DNA of 64,000 bases, taken from Octopus sinensis. Taxonomy: Eukaryota. The notes below the pieces were generated by a model. It worked only from the letters and a program-made list of their open reading frames with translations, was not told the origin of the DNA and ran no database searches. Every line of letters starts with the position of its first letter. Position 1 is the first letter of the stretch. The DNA lies in assembly GCF_006345805.1 (NCBI RefSeq), contig NC_043002.1, forward strand, positions 10,788,001-10,852,000, written 5' to 3'. Shown here piece by piece: positions 1-12,690 of the stretch. The translations under genes and the position numbers were made by a program.

Positions 1-1040
1 GTAAGTACTTGCTGTGTTTATAAATATAAGAAAATGAATTTGAAAATGTAGGTTAAGGGACCAAACTAAATTCAGCGGAGATAAATGAGCGGAGAAAGAG
101 AAGAGTAAAAAAATAAAACTTTGGATATGGATGTGTTGGTAATACCGAAGGTGTATTTTAGTAGATACAAAAAGATTATTTCAGAGGTAATAATCCAGTT
201 TCGTATAGTGCGAGAAGGTTATTCAATGACAGAATGGTTGTAATGGTATTCGAGTTGTAGGGGTTCTGTGCTAGTATGAATGTAAGAAAAAATACGAGTA
301 GAAGGGTAAACATAAGTGTACAAATATTTACACATAATATAGAAAAATATAATCAAATAAGGAGAAGAATGTATTTATGCTTAGTCATACGTGTGTAGAG
401 ATATCTTTACACATGAGTATATAGATACAGGAATTCTGGTAGATATAAAATTAAAGTATATATATATAAATATTAAATTTTCTAAGTCTCTCTGAAGGAA
501 ACTACTGCAGCGGTACTGGAAATCAACAGTTACCGCCAAGCTAATATGGCAGTCCATAAATATAAGACTAAAGCTGCCGTTGATTAACTCCACGAGGCCA
601 TCGCCTCTAGCTAGCTGTATGACACACGAACCTGTGTTCATTATAACCTTCGATCAGTGGAGGTCAGCCGCTTCCCCTTACTGGTCAGGCATCTGCCGAC
701 ATGTTTCAGGGTATTTGCCCTTTATCAATACAGAGTAGCCAAACCCAGCAGGCGTCGCTACTGACCGTCTGTTCGAAGGATTATTTACCTAATTTCAGTG
801 GAATACACACACTGGTTTATATATATATATATGTATAAGGTACCTGTACAAATATCCCATACAGGTGCAAAGAAATGGGGAGGCACACACATATACATAT
901 AAATACACACATGTTATAAATTGTATATATATGTGTATGCGAACATACATATATACTCTGATACAAACGTTCATATTAATACACAGGTCTCTACCTATAT
1001 ATAAAAGTAATCACATACCTATAAATTTACATACATAAGT

Positions 1041-1041
1041 T

Positions 1042-1073
<32 letters not shown>

Positions 1074-1151
1074 CTGACACACACATACACATACACACAC
1101 ATATATACACAAATGTAATGTAGGCGTATATCTGACTATAGTACATGTTGA

Positions 1152-1182
<31 letters not shown>

Positions 1183-1343
1183 CATATAATACATATACAT
1201 ATATATATATATATATTATAATATAATATATATTTATACATTATATACACATATTTATACATTATAATATTATATATATATATTATATATACATATATAT
1301 ATACATATATATATATACTATATATAAGTATATATATGTATTA

Positions 1344-1385
<42 letters not shown>

Positions 1386-1389
1386 ATAT

Positions 1390-1423
<34 letters not shown>

Positions 1424-1440
1424 ATATATATATATGTATA
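1041..1440. repeat. (TA)n/(CA)n microsatellite tract
   Basis: Direct inspection. Confidence 0.95.
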
Positions 1441-1972
1441 CATATAGTGTTGAATTGTTTGTTTTTTACAAAATTAAGTGAAGTTTTGATGTGATTTACA
1501 GTTTTCATGATTCTGCATTTTGTTAATATTGACAGTTGTTTATGTTCTGCATTTGTTATCAGCTTTGGAAACTGTAAAGGCTTCCATTTTTCATGGATAT
1601 GGAACAGGAATGTTTGCTGGTTTGAGAAGCTATAAGAAATTAAAGGATTATGCACGTATAATCACAGAGTCGCTTATCGGTTAATTTTTATTAGCTGGAG
1701 GCATTTAAGAGCGCTCTTGTGATAAAACGAATGTTTACATATTTTAATGATCAGAGAAAAAAGAAAATGTAACTATTCAGAATAATTGTAGATATGTGAC
1801 TTTTAAAAATTTTTTTGAGTTTTTAAAGTACGTTTGTGCGAAAATCTGAAATTCGATTGTCTTCTCTGAAGATTTGGATGAACAAAATGCTCTTCTGTGA
1901 CAAACACAACATCGATTATCGTGTTCCTGTTTGAATCTGCTGAAACGTATCAAGACTAAATATGCAAACCGA

Positions 1973-2045
1973 AGGCGTGGTGGCTGTGTGGTAAGAATCT
2001 TGCTTCCCAAATACATGGTTCTGTAGTTCTGTGTGACACAGCGCA
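1973..2045 (+). mobile_element. SINE family A, 5' head fragment
   Basis: ggcgtggtggctgtgtggtaagaatcttgcttccc matches the heads at 13005 and 39958. Confidence 0.65.
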
Positions 2046-2074
2046 AATCTCCTCTACTTTAAGTAGGTAGGAGC

Positions 2075-2162
2075 ACTCCAGCTGAGTGGACTGGAGCAAC
2101 GTGAAATAAAGTGTCTTGCTCAAGGACACAACGCATCGCCGGGAATCGAACTCACGACCTTA
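2075..2162 (-). mobile_element. CORE-type SINE family C fragment
   Basis: cagctgagtggactggagcaacgtgaaataaagtgtcttgctcaaggacacaac matches the copies at 19853 and 22695. Confidence 0.75.
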
Positions 2163-2169
2163 CATCTAC

Positions 2170-3810
2170 TTTAAGTATACTAAACTAAAAATTATTTATA
2201 TACTTATTTAGTATCAATAAAGACTGATACCTGGTATTAGCTAAAAGAATATTTATGTTATAGGACATTCTAATTATATACTAATTTAAAACTAAGAGGT
2301 ATATTATAGGTTTTAGAAGTTATTATTGTTACTCCATACATGATATTTATAGTTTCCTAGGGGTACTTAATTAGAAGGGCTACTTATATAAAAGCCCTTA
2401 TAAATACTAAGATAAGGAGGGTAGAGCAATTTAAGAAAAGAGTTAAATCAAGTAATTTCAAAAGACCATTTCAAACAATATTGCCATATTGTATAAAGTT
2501 AAAATTTATGGTAGTCAAGAAGATAATTAAGAATGATATTACAACAAAAGGATAAAATTTCTGTGAATACTTTTGAGTATATACAAAATTTTACCACGAT
2601 AGAGGAAGGAAAAGAAATTTCATAGAAATAATTTAATAGTTATACATATTATTTATCTACATATTAACTTATCAGATGGTATCTATGGAGATTGATTCAT
2701 TTGGATTTTACTGGTATTTAATACAGGAGCACTGAGGCTAAAGAACATGTTAACTATATACTAATTAAATTAAATTAAATTATTTTAAGGCGTGGTAATA
2801 CGGTATTGTTTTGTATAAGCTAAATATGATTTAATAGGGGTACAATAATTAAATTTATTTATTTATTAAAGGCTATTATAAAATAATAAAATGATCAGGT
2901 ATGGTAGAGCACCATAGAAAAGGAATAAAGATAGCCCAACCATTAAACCATAATAAAGTATATATACCTTATTGAAATCAATAGAGAAGATTTACAAAAA
3001 AAGTATAATGATTTAAGTATTATGAACTAAAAGTTGTTTATTTACTTATTTGGCTTATTTCAATCAAGACTGATACCCGGTATTAGTTAAAAGAATATTG
3101 ATGTTATAGGACATACTAATTATATACTAATTTAAAATTAAGAGGTATAATATAGGTTTTAAAAGTTATTAGTGTTAATCCGTACATGATATTACAGTTT
3201 CTGAGGGGTGTTTAATTAGAAGGGCTACTTGTATAAAGGCCAATATAAATACTAAGATCAGGAGGATGGAACACTTTAAGGGATAAATAAAGTAATTACT
3301 AAAACTATTTAAAAAAAATATAGCCTTATTGTATAAAGTTAAAATTTAGGGTCATCAAGACGATTTAGCATTGAGGCGAAACAGAAAATTAAGAATATAT
3401 TAATTAAATTATAATCTAAGCAGTTTAATTTTAAATTGTGAAGGAACCCATATCGTTTTATATAAGCTAAGTATGAATTTATAGGGGTACAACATTTAAG
3501 TTTATCTAAAGGCAATTATAAAGTATTTAAAAAGTATTAAAATGATCAGGTAGGATAAAACACCATAGAAAAGGAATAGAATAGCTTAATCACTAAAATC
3601 CATGATAAAGTATATATACAGGTAAGTAACATCAATAGAGAAGACTTATAGAAAATGTATAATTCAGGTATTTAAAACTAAAAATTGTTTATTTACTTAT
3701 TTAGCTTTTATCTATAAAGACTGATACCAGGTATTAACTAAAGGAATATTGATGTTGTAGGACATGCTAACTATATACTAATTTTAAACTAAGAGGTATA
3801 TTATAGGTCT
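2170..3810 (+). pseudogene. Tandem paralogous gene-like repeats (unit starts 2221, 3067, 3718), apparently in a UAR=Gln code, with short introns; partly disabled
   Basis: Differences between copies are mostly third-position or conservative in the + frame (cct/ccc/cca, aaa/aag, gat/gac, I/V, S/T/A). In-frame TAA/TAG positions are shared between copies. GT-AG segments of 32-34 nt lie at 2319-2352, 3165-3197 and 3292-3323. Confidence 0.6.
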
Positions 3811-3829
3811 TAAATCACAAGATCAATAA

Positions 3830-4274
3830 AGTGCTACTTTCGAAAACATTTAAAGGTGCGGGTGACACTATGTACACATGATACCCTAAAGTCTAATCGA
3901 TTATTAATCAGGTTGCCTTTATTTTTATGCTTAAAAATTTCATATGTTTCCATAGAGCACAGCCTACACCCATATCTGCTATTTCCACAAGGTTGTAATT
4001 TTCTTATTATTTCCCATTTCCATATTTCCCAATTCCACTTTCCTTCAATTCCCAAATCTTACTGGATAATGACGTACAATTCGCTTTATGTTTAAGTTTA
4101 AAGGACGACACGTGATTGTATATACATTTTTTCATATTAATCGAACAATCAATGTATATAAAATTATTAGTTGAAGTTATTATTGTACACATATATATTG
4201 CGTTCTGGGTAGGACATCGGCCTAATAACGGACAGCGGGATTTACCTCTACAATTGCAACTAAGAGAATTATTA

Positions 4275-4275
<1 letters not shown>
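3830..4275 (-). mobile_element. Penelope-like retroelement, GIY-YIG endonuclease 3' fragment (frameshifted)
   Basis: CNCRGKSRCPLLGRC...IY..IYID...NHVSSF...TSLSSKIWELK, then WEIIRK...CRLC..E...LINNRLD...CVH: the typical Penelope GIY-YIG C-terminus. Confidence 0.85.
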
Positions 4276-4328
<53 letters not shown>

Positions 4329-6216
4329 GTATTAGTATTATTAAGTTTCAAATTATTATTATTTGATGTTGGTGTGCTTAGCCGAACCGCTAAGCACAGC
4401 AACATCAGGTATCAAGCGTTGGTGGGGGACAAACACTGACACACAAATATACACTCTCACAGGTGTATATACAGTATGCATACTAGATATATGTGTGTGT
4501 ATAAACACACACACGACTGGTTAAACAAATCTCCTGTGCTGTGTGTGTGTGTGTGTGCACACACGACTGGTTAAAGAAATCTCCTGTGCTGTGCTGGTTA
4601 AACAAGCTCCTGTTGTTATTTAGTACTGAGTATGTGCTTATTGAAAATCGCGATAATTATTCAAATTTCTGACAGCTTGAATATTTTTATAAAGACATAA
4701 AATAATAAAATGGAAAAAGTAACTTTATTTGCGAGACAACAGCATTTTAATATTTGCAATTATTATAGGTAATGTCTAGAATGAATGTCAAATGAATAAA
4801 TAACCAAATATAACTAAGATGAAATCAATAGGAACCCAGAACTAATTTAATCCTAAACTAAATCAAGGCACGAAGCACAATTCATTTACATCGTATTAAT
4901 ATTCATAATATTTAAGTAAGATTCAAACACATATGACTTTAGAAGAAGATGTAAATATTTAGCTCGAACTTCTCATATTTTCTGTCACATTAAGGATGCT
5001 TCCTGCTCTCAGCTCTGCTATTTCGCTGGCTTCAATCAACTAAAGAGGAAATTGGATGAAAGTTTAGTCAAACTCTGATAGGAATATTATTTTTTTTTAA
5101 AGAATCCTATTAATGCCATAGCTAATGTGTGCTAACATCTAGTAATGTTAAGTACAGCATCTGAAATTATTAAATTATCTACTATACTGTGACGCTGGTG
5201 TTTAACACAGTATCGAAATAGTATTCTATCAGATTATGAAAAAGAACTGATAATTACTGGAAATGAAATTACAAGATGACTATCGAATGACCATTACAAG
5301 ATGACCATCAAACTATTTTATGGTGTGTCTTTCGTAGATATTTCGTTCGTCTTGGCAGAAAATTATTTGAGCTAAGGTAAAAATTATTGTCAACATCGGA
5401 ATATTAAACGTCAGTTCTCGCTTTAATGATCCTATGGGTGTATAATAGAAAATATTAACGATGAGCTTCATTTAAACTTAGCACCTTAGTTTAAAATCTA
5501 TTAACTATTCACTCAGTTCAGGTATGCTTCTGTGTATCATACTATAAATATGTATGTGTCCACGTTGGATGCTTTTCAAAAACGTGTCCGCCTTGGATGC
5601 GTTCCAAAAATCTCCAATAAAGAAAGAACGAGTTTCTAATCCTTAAGTAAGATCGGTTCCTTGCAACTAAGACATCATTAACTCAGTAAGCATGTATGTG
5701 TGTATACATGTGTGTATGCATGTAAGTATGCATATATGCATATATACAGAATGTATCTTCATGTATGCACGTGTTTTTCACTCATGAACCATGTTATTGT
5801 GGAGCAGTATATTTTGACTTTCATATGTGTGCAGGGGTTGGATATAATACGTGTGCATATATATATATACACATATAACAATATAAGGAATGGCCATAAT
5901 AGGACATTCAACTCACTAGAAGGAGCAGCCAAACTCAAACCGCTAATAGTTGTAATTCTGAAATTGAAAGAGAAATAAAAACGTTTACCCCTTTCATCTC
6001 TGGACTATGCATAGTTTTGGCAAACACATATATATATATGCATATATATTTACATATGCATGTATATATGTATGTGTATGCATGTATCTATGTATATGTG
6101 TATACGTATGCATGTTTGCATATGTGTGTGTATATGTCCGTAGATAATACATAAGTGTATATGTATATAGATATGCATATAAATGAATATTTATATATAT
6201 ATATAGAGAGAGAGAG

Positions 6217-6272
<56 letters not shown>

Positions 6273-6312
6273 TGATAGATAGATTGACAGATAGATAGAT
6301 GATAGATAGATT

Positions 6313-6362
<50 letters not shown>

Positions 6363-6375
6363 CAGACAGATAGAC

Positions 6376-6436
<61 letters not shown>

Positions 6437-6437
6437 T
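6217..6437. repeat. (GATA)n microsatellite
   Basis: Direct inspection; similar arrays near 7940, 17970, 61930, 62440 and 63340. Confidence 0.95.
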
Positions 6438-7049
6438 ACACACGCACACACATATATAGCAGACACACAGACAAGTCAAATTTTCTTATTTCCTTATCCT
6501 ATTGAAATTGTAATCGATTTTTGACTCTTAGCGGGGTCACATCAGAGATATCTACCTTACTTGACCATTCCCAGAGGAACAAGCAGACCATCTGTTCCCA
6601 ATCACAACAAATCTATTAATTTTAGAGCACGAAACCTACTAATTTGCATACTCTATCTGTTTGTAGATGTATGTGTGTATCTATGTGTGGGTGTAGAGGT
6701 ATACATAAATATACATACAAAATACGTGTAGGTCTATTTATGAATATACATGTACTTACTAAAGGCTGAGCTTCTGGGATGTTTTACATATTTTTATACT
6801 TGTGTTAATAGTTGTAATTATAAGTTGTTAATTAGTTGGGTTCCTTTCGGTTTTGAGGGGCCCAGCTCCTCAAAATTAATGCTATATCAGTTAGTACCCA
6901 ATAATTATGAGTATAAATCGAAGGTATTCATGCAGGTAGAACATCTGCATATATTTCATTAGTCCAGTATCAAGGTTTACTTTATCTCTTAATTTTAGGT
7001 TAATGTTTGATGGTTAAATCAGTATACTTTCTTTTCCTTGCATGCATCT

Positions 7050-7260
7050 TAACCTTAATTCCTCCTGTTCCACTCTGAATATTGAACGATAAGTTGCCTC
7101 CACTGCATGCCATCTCCTGCAGCTGATTTTGCATCTGTCCAGGTCAATTCCAGTTCCCGTAAATCCTCACACAGTGTACTGCACTATATTTTGGGCAGTC
7201 GCTCATTCTCAATGCAGTGTGTGGGAGCCTGTGTTCCTGCAACCGTATTTTATAATCGCA
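7050..7260 (-). mobile_element. RTE-clade LINE 3' end remnant
   Basis: ENERLPKI...LRELELTWTDAKSAAGDGMQWRQLIVQYSEWNRRN* resembles the RTE ORF C-terminus. Confidence 0.5.
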
Positions 7261-7325
7261 ATCTTCGTTTCTTGACGATGTCTTTATGGATATAAGTTTT
7301 TATATATGTTTGTATATTCATATGA

Positions 7326-7370
<45 letters not shown>

Positions 7371-7519
7371 TGTGTGTATGTGTGTGTGTATGTGTGTGTG
7401 TATACATATATGTATATATATATATATGTATACACACACACACACAAGCACACACACACACACACAAAGATAAATTGATAGATACAACTGAGTGGGCAAA
7501 CAAAAATATGAGACACTTC

Positions 7520-7843
7520 GTAGTGCTGTTTTATATTTTAATAACCCTGGTACTTATTCTATCAGTTTCTTCTTGTGAAACCAGTAAGTTATGGGGATGT
7601 AAATAAACGAACACCAGTTGTGAAGCAGTGATGAGAGGGAAACACGAACACACACACATAGACTTACATATATACATATGCATACAATTGATTTCTTTCA
7701 GTTTCTGTCTACAAAATCCACTGACCAGGCTTTGGTTGGTCTGAGGCTATAGCAGAAGACACACGCCAAGTTACCACACAGTGGGACTGAACTGAGGACC
7801 ATGTGTTTTGGAACCAACTGTGTTACCACACAGCCACACCTGC
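7520..7843 (-). mobile_element. SINE family A, diverged copy
   Basis: Ends in ttaccacacagccacacctgcac, the reverse complement of the family A head. Confidence 0.75.
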
Positions 7844-7936
7844 ACTTATGTATGTGTGTGTGTATGTGTGTATGGGTGTATATATGTATACATATATATA
7901 TATGCGTGTATATATATGTGTACATATTACATGTAC

Positions 7937-8005
<69 letters not shown>

Positions 8006-8010
8006 CTATC

Positions 8011-8054
<44 letters not shown>

Positions 8055-8204
8055 TAGACATACATGTATACACATACATGTATATCAATAGAAATACATC
8101 TATACATATACAGCTATACATATACATGTATACATATACATCTATATATGTATATACAGACAGTTATATGTAGAGAGATATATATACATCCATATACATA
8201 CAAT

Positions 8205-8440
8205 AGAGAGATGTTTTTGTTTCACTTTTAACACGTAAGACTGAAATAGTGGAGAAGATATGATATTGCTGTGGGCTCGAACTAGGCAAGAAGTTAGAAA
8301 TTGTTTTGTCCATGACACTACATGAACCCTAAGTAAGGCATGTGTAAAATTTGAATGAAATTGGTTGTATAGTTCTCAAGTTTTAGGGATTCACACAAAC
8401 AGACGGACAGACACACATTCTCAGTTTTATATATATACTA
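8205..8440 (+). repeat. Dispersed repeat, copy 1 (second copy 9285-9515); possibly a Helentron/DINE-1-like 3' part
   Basis: A ~230-bp direct repeat ending ...cagacacacattctcagttttatatatata; a hairpin tatgacccg...ctgggtcata follows copy 1. The family assignment is inference. Confidence 0.5.
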
Positions 8441-9284
8441 GAATTATGACCCGTCGTTGCTGGGTCATAGTGCTAGTGCATGCATATATGTGTATATATA
8501 TATGTGTACATATTACATGTACATCTATATATATACATCTACACATAAAATACAAAATACAAAGTTATATCTTGATATCACTAGTGATAACAATACTCAA
8601 AATATATAACAGACTGGAATTGTAGGCCCGTCTCTTGCAATTTCGATCAATTGTATCTTGTCCACCCTCTTGTATAGAAGTGTGGCTACAATCCAGCCTA
8701 CCTCTACTTCTGGGGGGACATTTTAAATTTTTATCTGTGACGTCCTACGTAAAAATAAAATATTTCCACTTTGCAAGGTTCGAGTCAAGTACTCCTTTGA
8801 CTCGAAACTTGCTTCTATTGTGGCGAATTTACCACCTCTGGTTAGATATCTTTCATATTCGCACCAAGACACTTTTCGATGGTGCCCTCCTCCAGGTGTT
8901 CAATTCTGTTTTTTTTTCTCTACATTGTATACTTTATAGACAATAGTCTTTTCTTTAATTTAATTTTTTATTTCGTTTGGTGGTGTTATCCTAGATTCAC
9001 CGTCTTTGTCGGTGATCAATCCAAAATAGTTTTGTATGTGCACAGCTCCATCTGGACTATTCCATTTCTGCACGCTAATTTTATTTATAATTTATTCCGA
9101 TTCATGTGAAACCACTTATTCAAGTTCAAATCATTGATGCAATTTTATACCAATTGCTATTTTTACTTTTGTTATGTTACGATCATATTATACTTTAGTT
9201 TGATTTTAATTATTACTTACTACATATAATTCAATTATTATTATCTCTAATTTTTATTGTTAAAGTGAAAGTATCGGACATAAA

Positions 9285-9510
9285 ATAGAGAAGTGTTTTT
9301 GTTTCACTTTTAACACGTAATACTGAAATAGTGGAGAAGATATGATATTGCTATGGGCTCGCCCTAGGCAAGAATTTGAACATTTTTTTGTTTTGCCGAT
9401 GACACTCCCCGGACTCTAAGTAAGGCATGTGTAAAATTTGAATGAATGTGGTTGTGTAGTTCTCAAGTTTCAGGGAAACAGACACACAGACAGACACACA
9501 TTCTCAGTTT

Positions 9511-9515
<5 letters not shown>
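9285..9515 (+). repeat. Dispersed repeat, copy 2 of 8205-8440
   Basis: Aligns by eye with 8205-8440. Confidence 0.7.
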
Positions 9516-9558
<43 letters not shown>

Positions 9559-10204
9559 TCCCAAGTTTCTTCAAATTTCTCACCTATAGAGAAAGAGTTA
9601 CTTTCTTGCCTTATACACAAGAAACTTTCATTAGAATTCATACACACACCGAACAGGGTAGGTTTGTATTTATATACGTTATTATTCATACATATATCTA
9701 TGTAGCTATAATTGTGTATGTATACGTATTCATTTGCATATGTATGCATATACACATGTAATAATATGGACGCAAGCATAGAGAGATTGCATATGTGGAT
9801 TTTATCACAAACTGAATTTTATATATTTATGTATCTTCCCAAGTATGTATCTGTGCATGTATTTTTATTATAACCGTAAATATAGTTTGACTTGAGTGTG
9901 TGTGTGTGTGTGTGTGTGCGTGTGGATCAGTGTGTATTTGTGAGTATATATTTGCATGTGTGCGAATTTGCATGGCTATATGTGTATATATATGTACATA
10001 CCACAGACTAAACATCATGTATTTTTTGTTATTTTCAGTGTTATCAATACCTTGTTTATTTCTAATATATACTGTATGTTTCTAATTAACCACCCACTTC
10101 CTGATTACATGAATTTCGGCTTCTCAAGAGTATTACTGGGGCAGTTCTATTATGAACAGCTTCAATAATCACAGTTAGGGGTTATATTCCTTCGTAGAGT
10201 ACCC

Positions 10205-10712
10205 TTAGTCATCATCATTGTTCGACTGTGGTCGAGACAATGAAATTTACCATGCTACGCCAGACTTCACGGTCCATCATGGCATTACGGAGGTCCTGAT
10301 GCTGGATGCCTGTATCCCTGGAGATTACATCAGGGTAGGAGAGTGTGCGCCCTCTGGTATTGCGAGTAGATGGCTTTCAGAGGAGAAGAGTAGAAATTGC
10401 CTCGTTTTCAGCTCTACAACAATGCCCAGCAAACTGGACTCTCCTACCTTTCACAAGAGATTACACAGGTGGTGGTTTCCCATATATTTGCATTTTGGTT
10501 GGATGGCGCTTCCACGAGAGATTTTGAGCTCTCATAAGGAGGCGAGTGTAGGTTCCATCCAACCGCCTCTTTGATAACGTCCAGGTTTCTGAGCCATATG
10601 GTAGAATTGGTTCGACTGTGGCTTTGAAGATTTCAAGTTTGAAGTCTCTACTTAGATTTGATGACCAGATCTTATGCATGTCATTACAGGCTGACCAGGC
10701 CATACCCTTTCT
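10205..10712 (-). mobile_element. RTE-clade LINE, 5'-truncated 3' part
   Basis: AWSACNDMHKIWSSNLSRDFKLEIFKATVEPILPYGSETWTL...VQFAGHC...MMDREVWRSMV, followed by a short trinucleotide-repeat tail. Confidence 0.9.
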
Positions 10713-11236
10713 AGTTAGTACCCGTAGTACTGTAGCCGTAGATTTTCTTCGTTAAGCCGTTCGAGATATTTGCATTATTTCTTCTTTTATATATCATCCC
10801 CTGGGAATTTTATTACTAACTCTGGCGAATGATGCTTACATTTTACAGTCTTATGATAACATTTCCTCCATCCATAGTCTTTCAGTTAATGAGTTACCCT
10901 TACACATCAAAGTAACGTTTTTTAGTTTGATCTGTGTAGACTAAGAGCCCATTACATTCTGTATAAGTATATAGGGAAGAAATTTCACAAATGAAATGAG
11001 GAAAATAAGAGACATACATACTAATACATTCTTATAAGCACCCGAAGGACCCAACACTCAGACAATTACAAGAGTATGTCCTCATTCATGGAACATCCCG
11101 AGTACTAAATAAGAAATATACATAGGTGTCATACCCCAATACCTACCGTTTATATATATATACAGATAGAGTAGGTAGTGGTGTGTGTATGTAGTCATGT
11201 GTGTGTATGTATCTATGTCTATCTATCAATCTATCT

Positions 11237-11328
<92 letters not shown>

Positions 11329-11364
11329 ATATATATATATAAGTATTATATGTATATATATGTA

Positions 11365-11585
11365 TATATATATATATATAACGGGAAGCTTTATGAAAAT
11401 AAACAAAAGACGAAGGCAGGTGGAATACAAACAAACAATTGTATTAGTATGGCGCTCAGGAATATAAATAAAACAAGTCTTTTACGTTTCGAGCCTACGC
11501 TCTTCAACAGAAAGATACACAGAAAAGAAACACGGAGAGAAACAAGGAGAGAAAAAAATGCGTGCAGAAGCTAGTGATTCAACAT
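11365..11585 (-). repeat. Dispersed ~200-bp repeat (family H) carrying a minimal hammerhead-like motif; other copies near 12440-12650, 24120-24320 and 61630-61835
   Basis: Shared ...gacgaagacaggtg...acgtttcgagcctacgctcttcaacagaaa core. Confidence 0.75.
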
Positions 11586-12645
11586 GGCGATTCTGGCCAG
11601 AAGTCAGGGATCAAACGTGAGACGCAAGAGCGAAAATAGGGGAGATAACAGGGTCAAATGACTTCGCCCCAACATAAGGTTGCGTGTGTGTATGAGAGAG
11701 TATGTGGTGCGTATGAAAGGTCTGGACGTGTGTATGTATGTAAGTATGATGTGATGTGTAATGTCGTATGGTGTAGTGCAGAGAGGGGAGAAGAAGGGGA
11801 GAGTGAGAGAGAGAGAGTGGAGGAGAAGGGAGGAGATGAGGAGGAGAGGGGAGGAGAGATGATGGGGAGGGGGAGATGGGAGGAGAGATGATGGGGAGGG
11901 GGAGAGGGGGAGATATATATATATGTGTATGTATATGTATGTATGTATATATATATGTATATGTATGTATATATGTATATGTATGTATGATGTATATATA
12001 TGTATATATATATATGTATATGCATGTGTATATGTATATACACACACACACATATATATACATGTATGTATATGTGTTTGAATTGACCTTGTGGGACTCT
12101 GTTTGCTCGTGGACTCTAACCTAGATGGTTTTAAAAATTGAACGCGTGTGGACGTACTTCTGTGTGAAGGAAGTAAACAACCTCTTTAAAATATTTTTAG
12201 TAGTTTATTTTATTTTATCTTAGTTTTTCTTTTTTTTTTGGTATCATGACACGCTTTAGAATTCCTATGAATTTTTAGTCTTTTATATTTACCTTTTTGA
12301 TAGGCTGTTCTACATTTGTATTTTAATCGCATATATATTTTTACCTTCTGTGTTTTTTTATGTATATGTATATTTTTTATATGTTTAAAAACCATGGTAA
12401 TATTTATATATGATTAAATGTTTTGCGGTATGGTGCTATATATAAAGTCGTTGACTCGAATTTGATGTTTGTTCTATGATCAATGTTTTCCTTTACTTTT
12501 TTTCTATTTTTTGTGTTACTTTCTGTTGAAGAGCGTAGGCTCGAAACATAAAAGACTTTCTCCTTTCGTGAGCATTAAACTAATACATGTGTTTGTTGTT
12601 TACACGCCCGTCCTTCGTCTTTTGTTTTTTTTTTGTAAATTCTCA

Positions 12646-12690
<45 letters not shown>

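Noticed and set aside
1-6. GTAAGT at the first base as a host splice donor
   Set aside because: No upstream context and no host exon found; cannot be assessed.
2221-3810. Hydrophobic minus-strand reading (membrane protein or L1 C-terminus)
   Set aside because: Substitutions between copies are non-synonymous on that strand; hydrophobicity follows from T-richness.
8640-8900. Minus-strand frame with ...IKI*NVPPEVEVGWIVATLLY
   Set aside because: Possibly a decayed LINE ORF1, but too weak to assign.
10030-11140. Unique-looking flanks of the RTE insertion as foreign exons
   Set aside because: Both strands give equally plausible readings; nothing discriminates.
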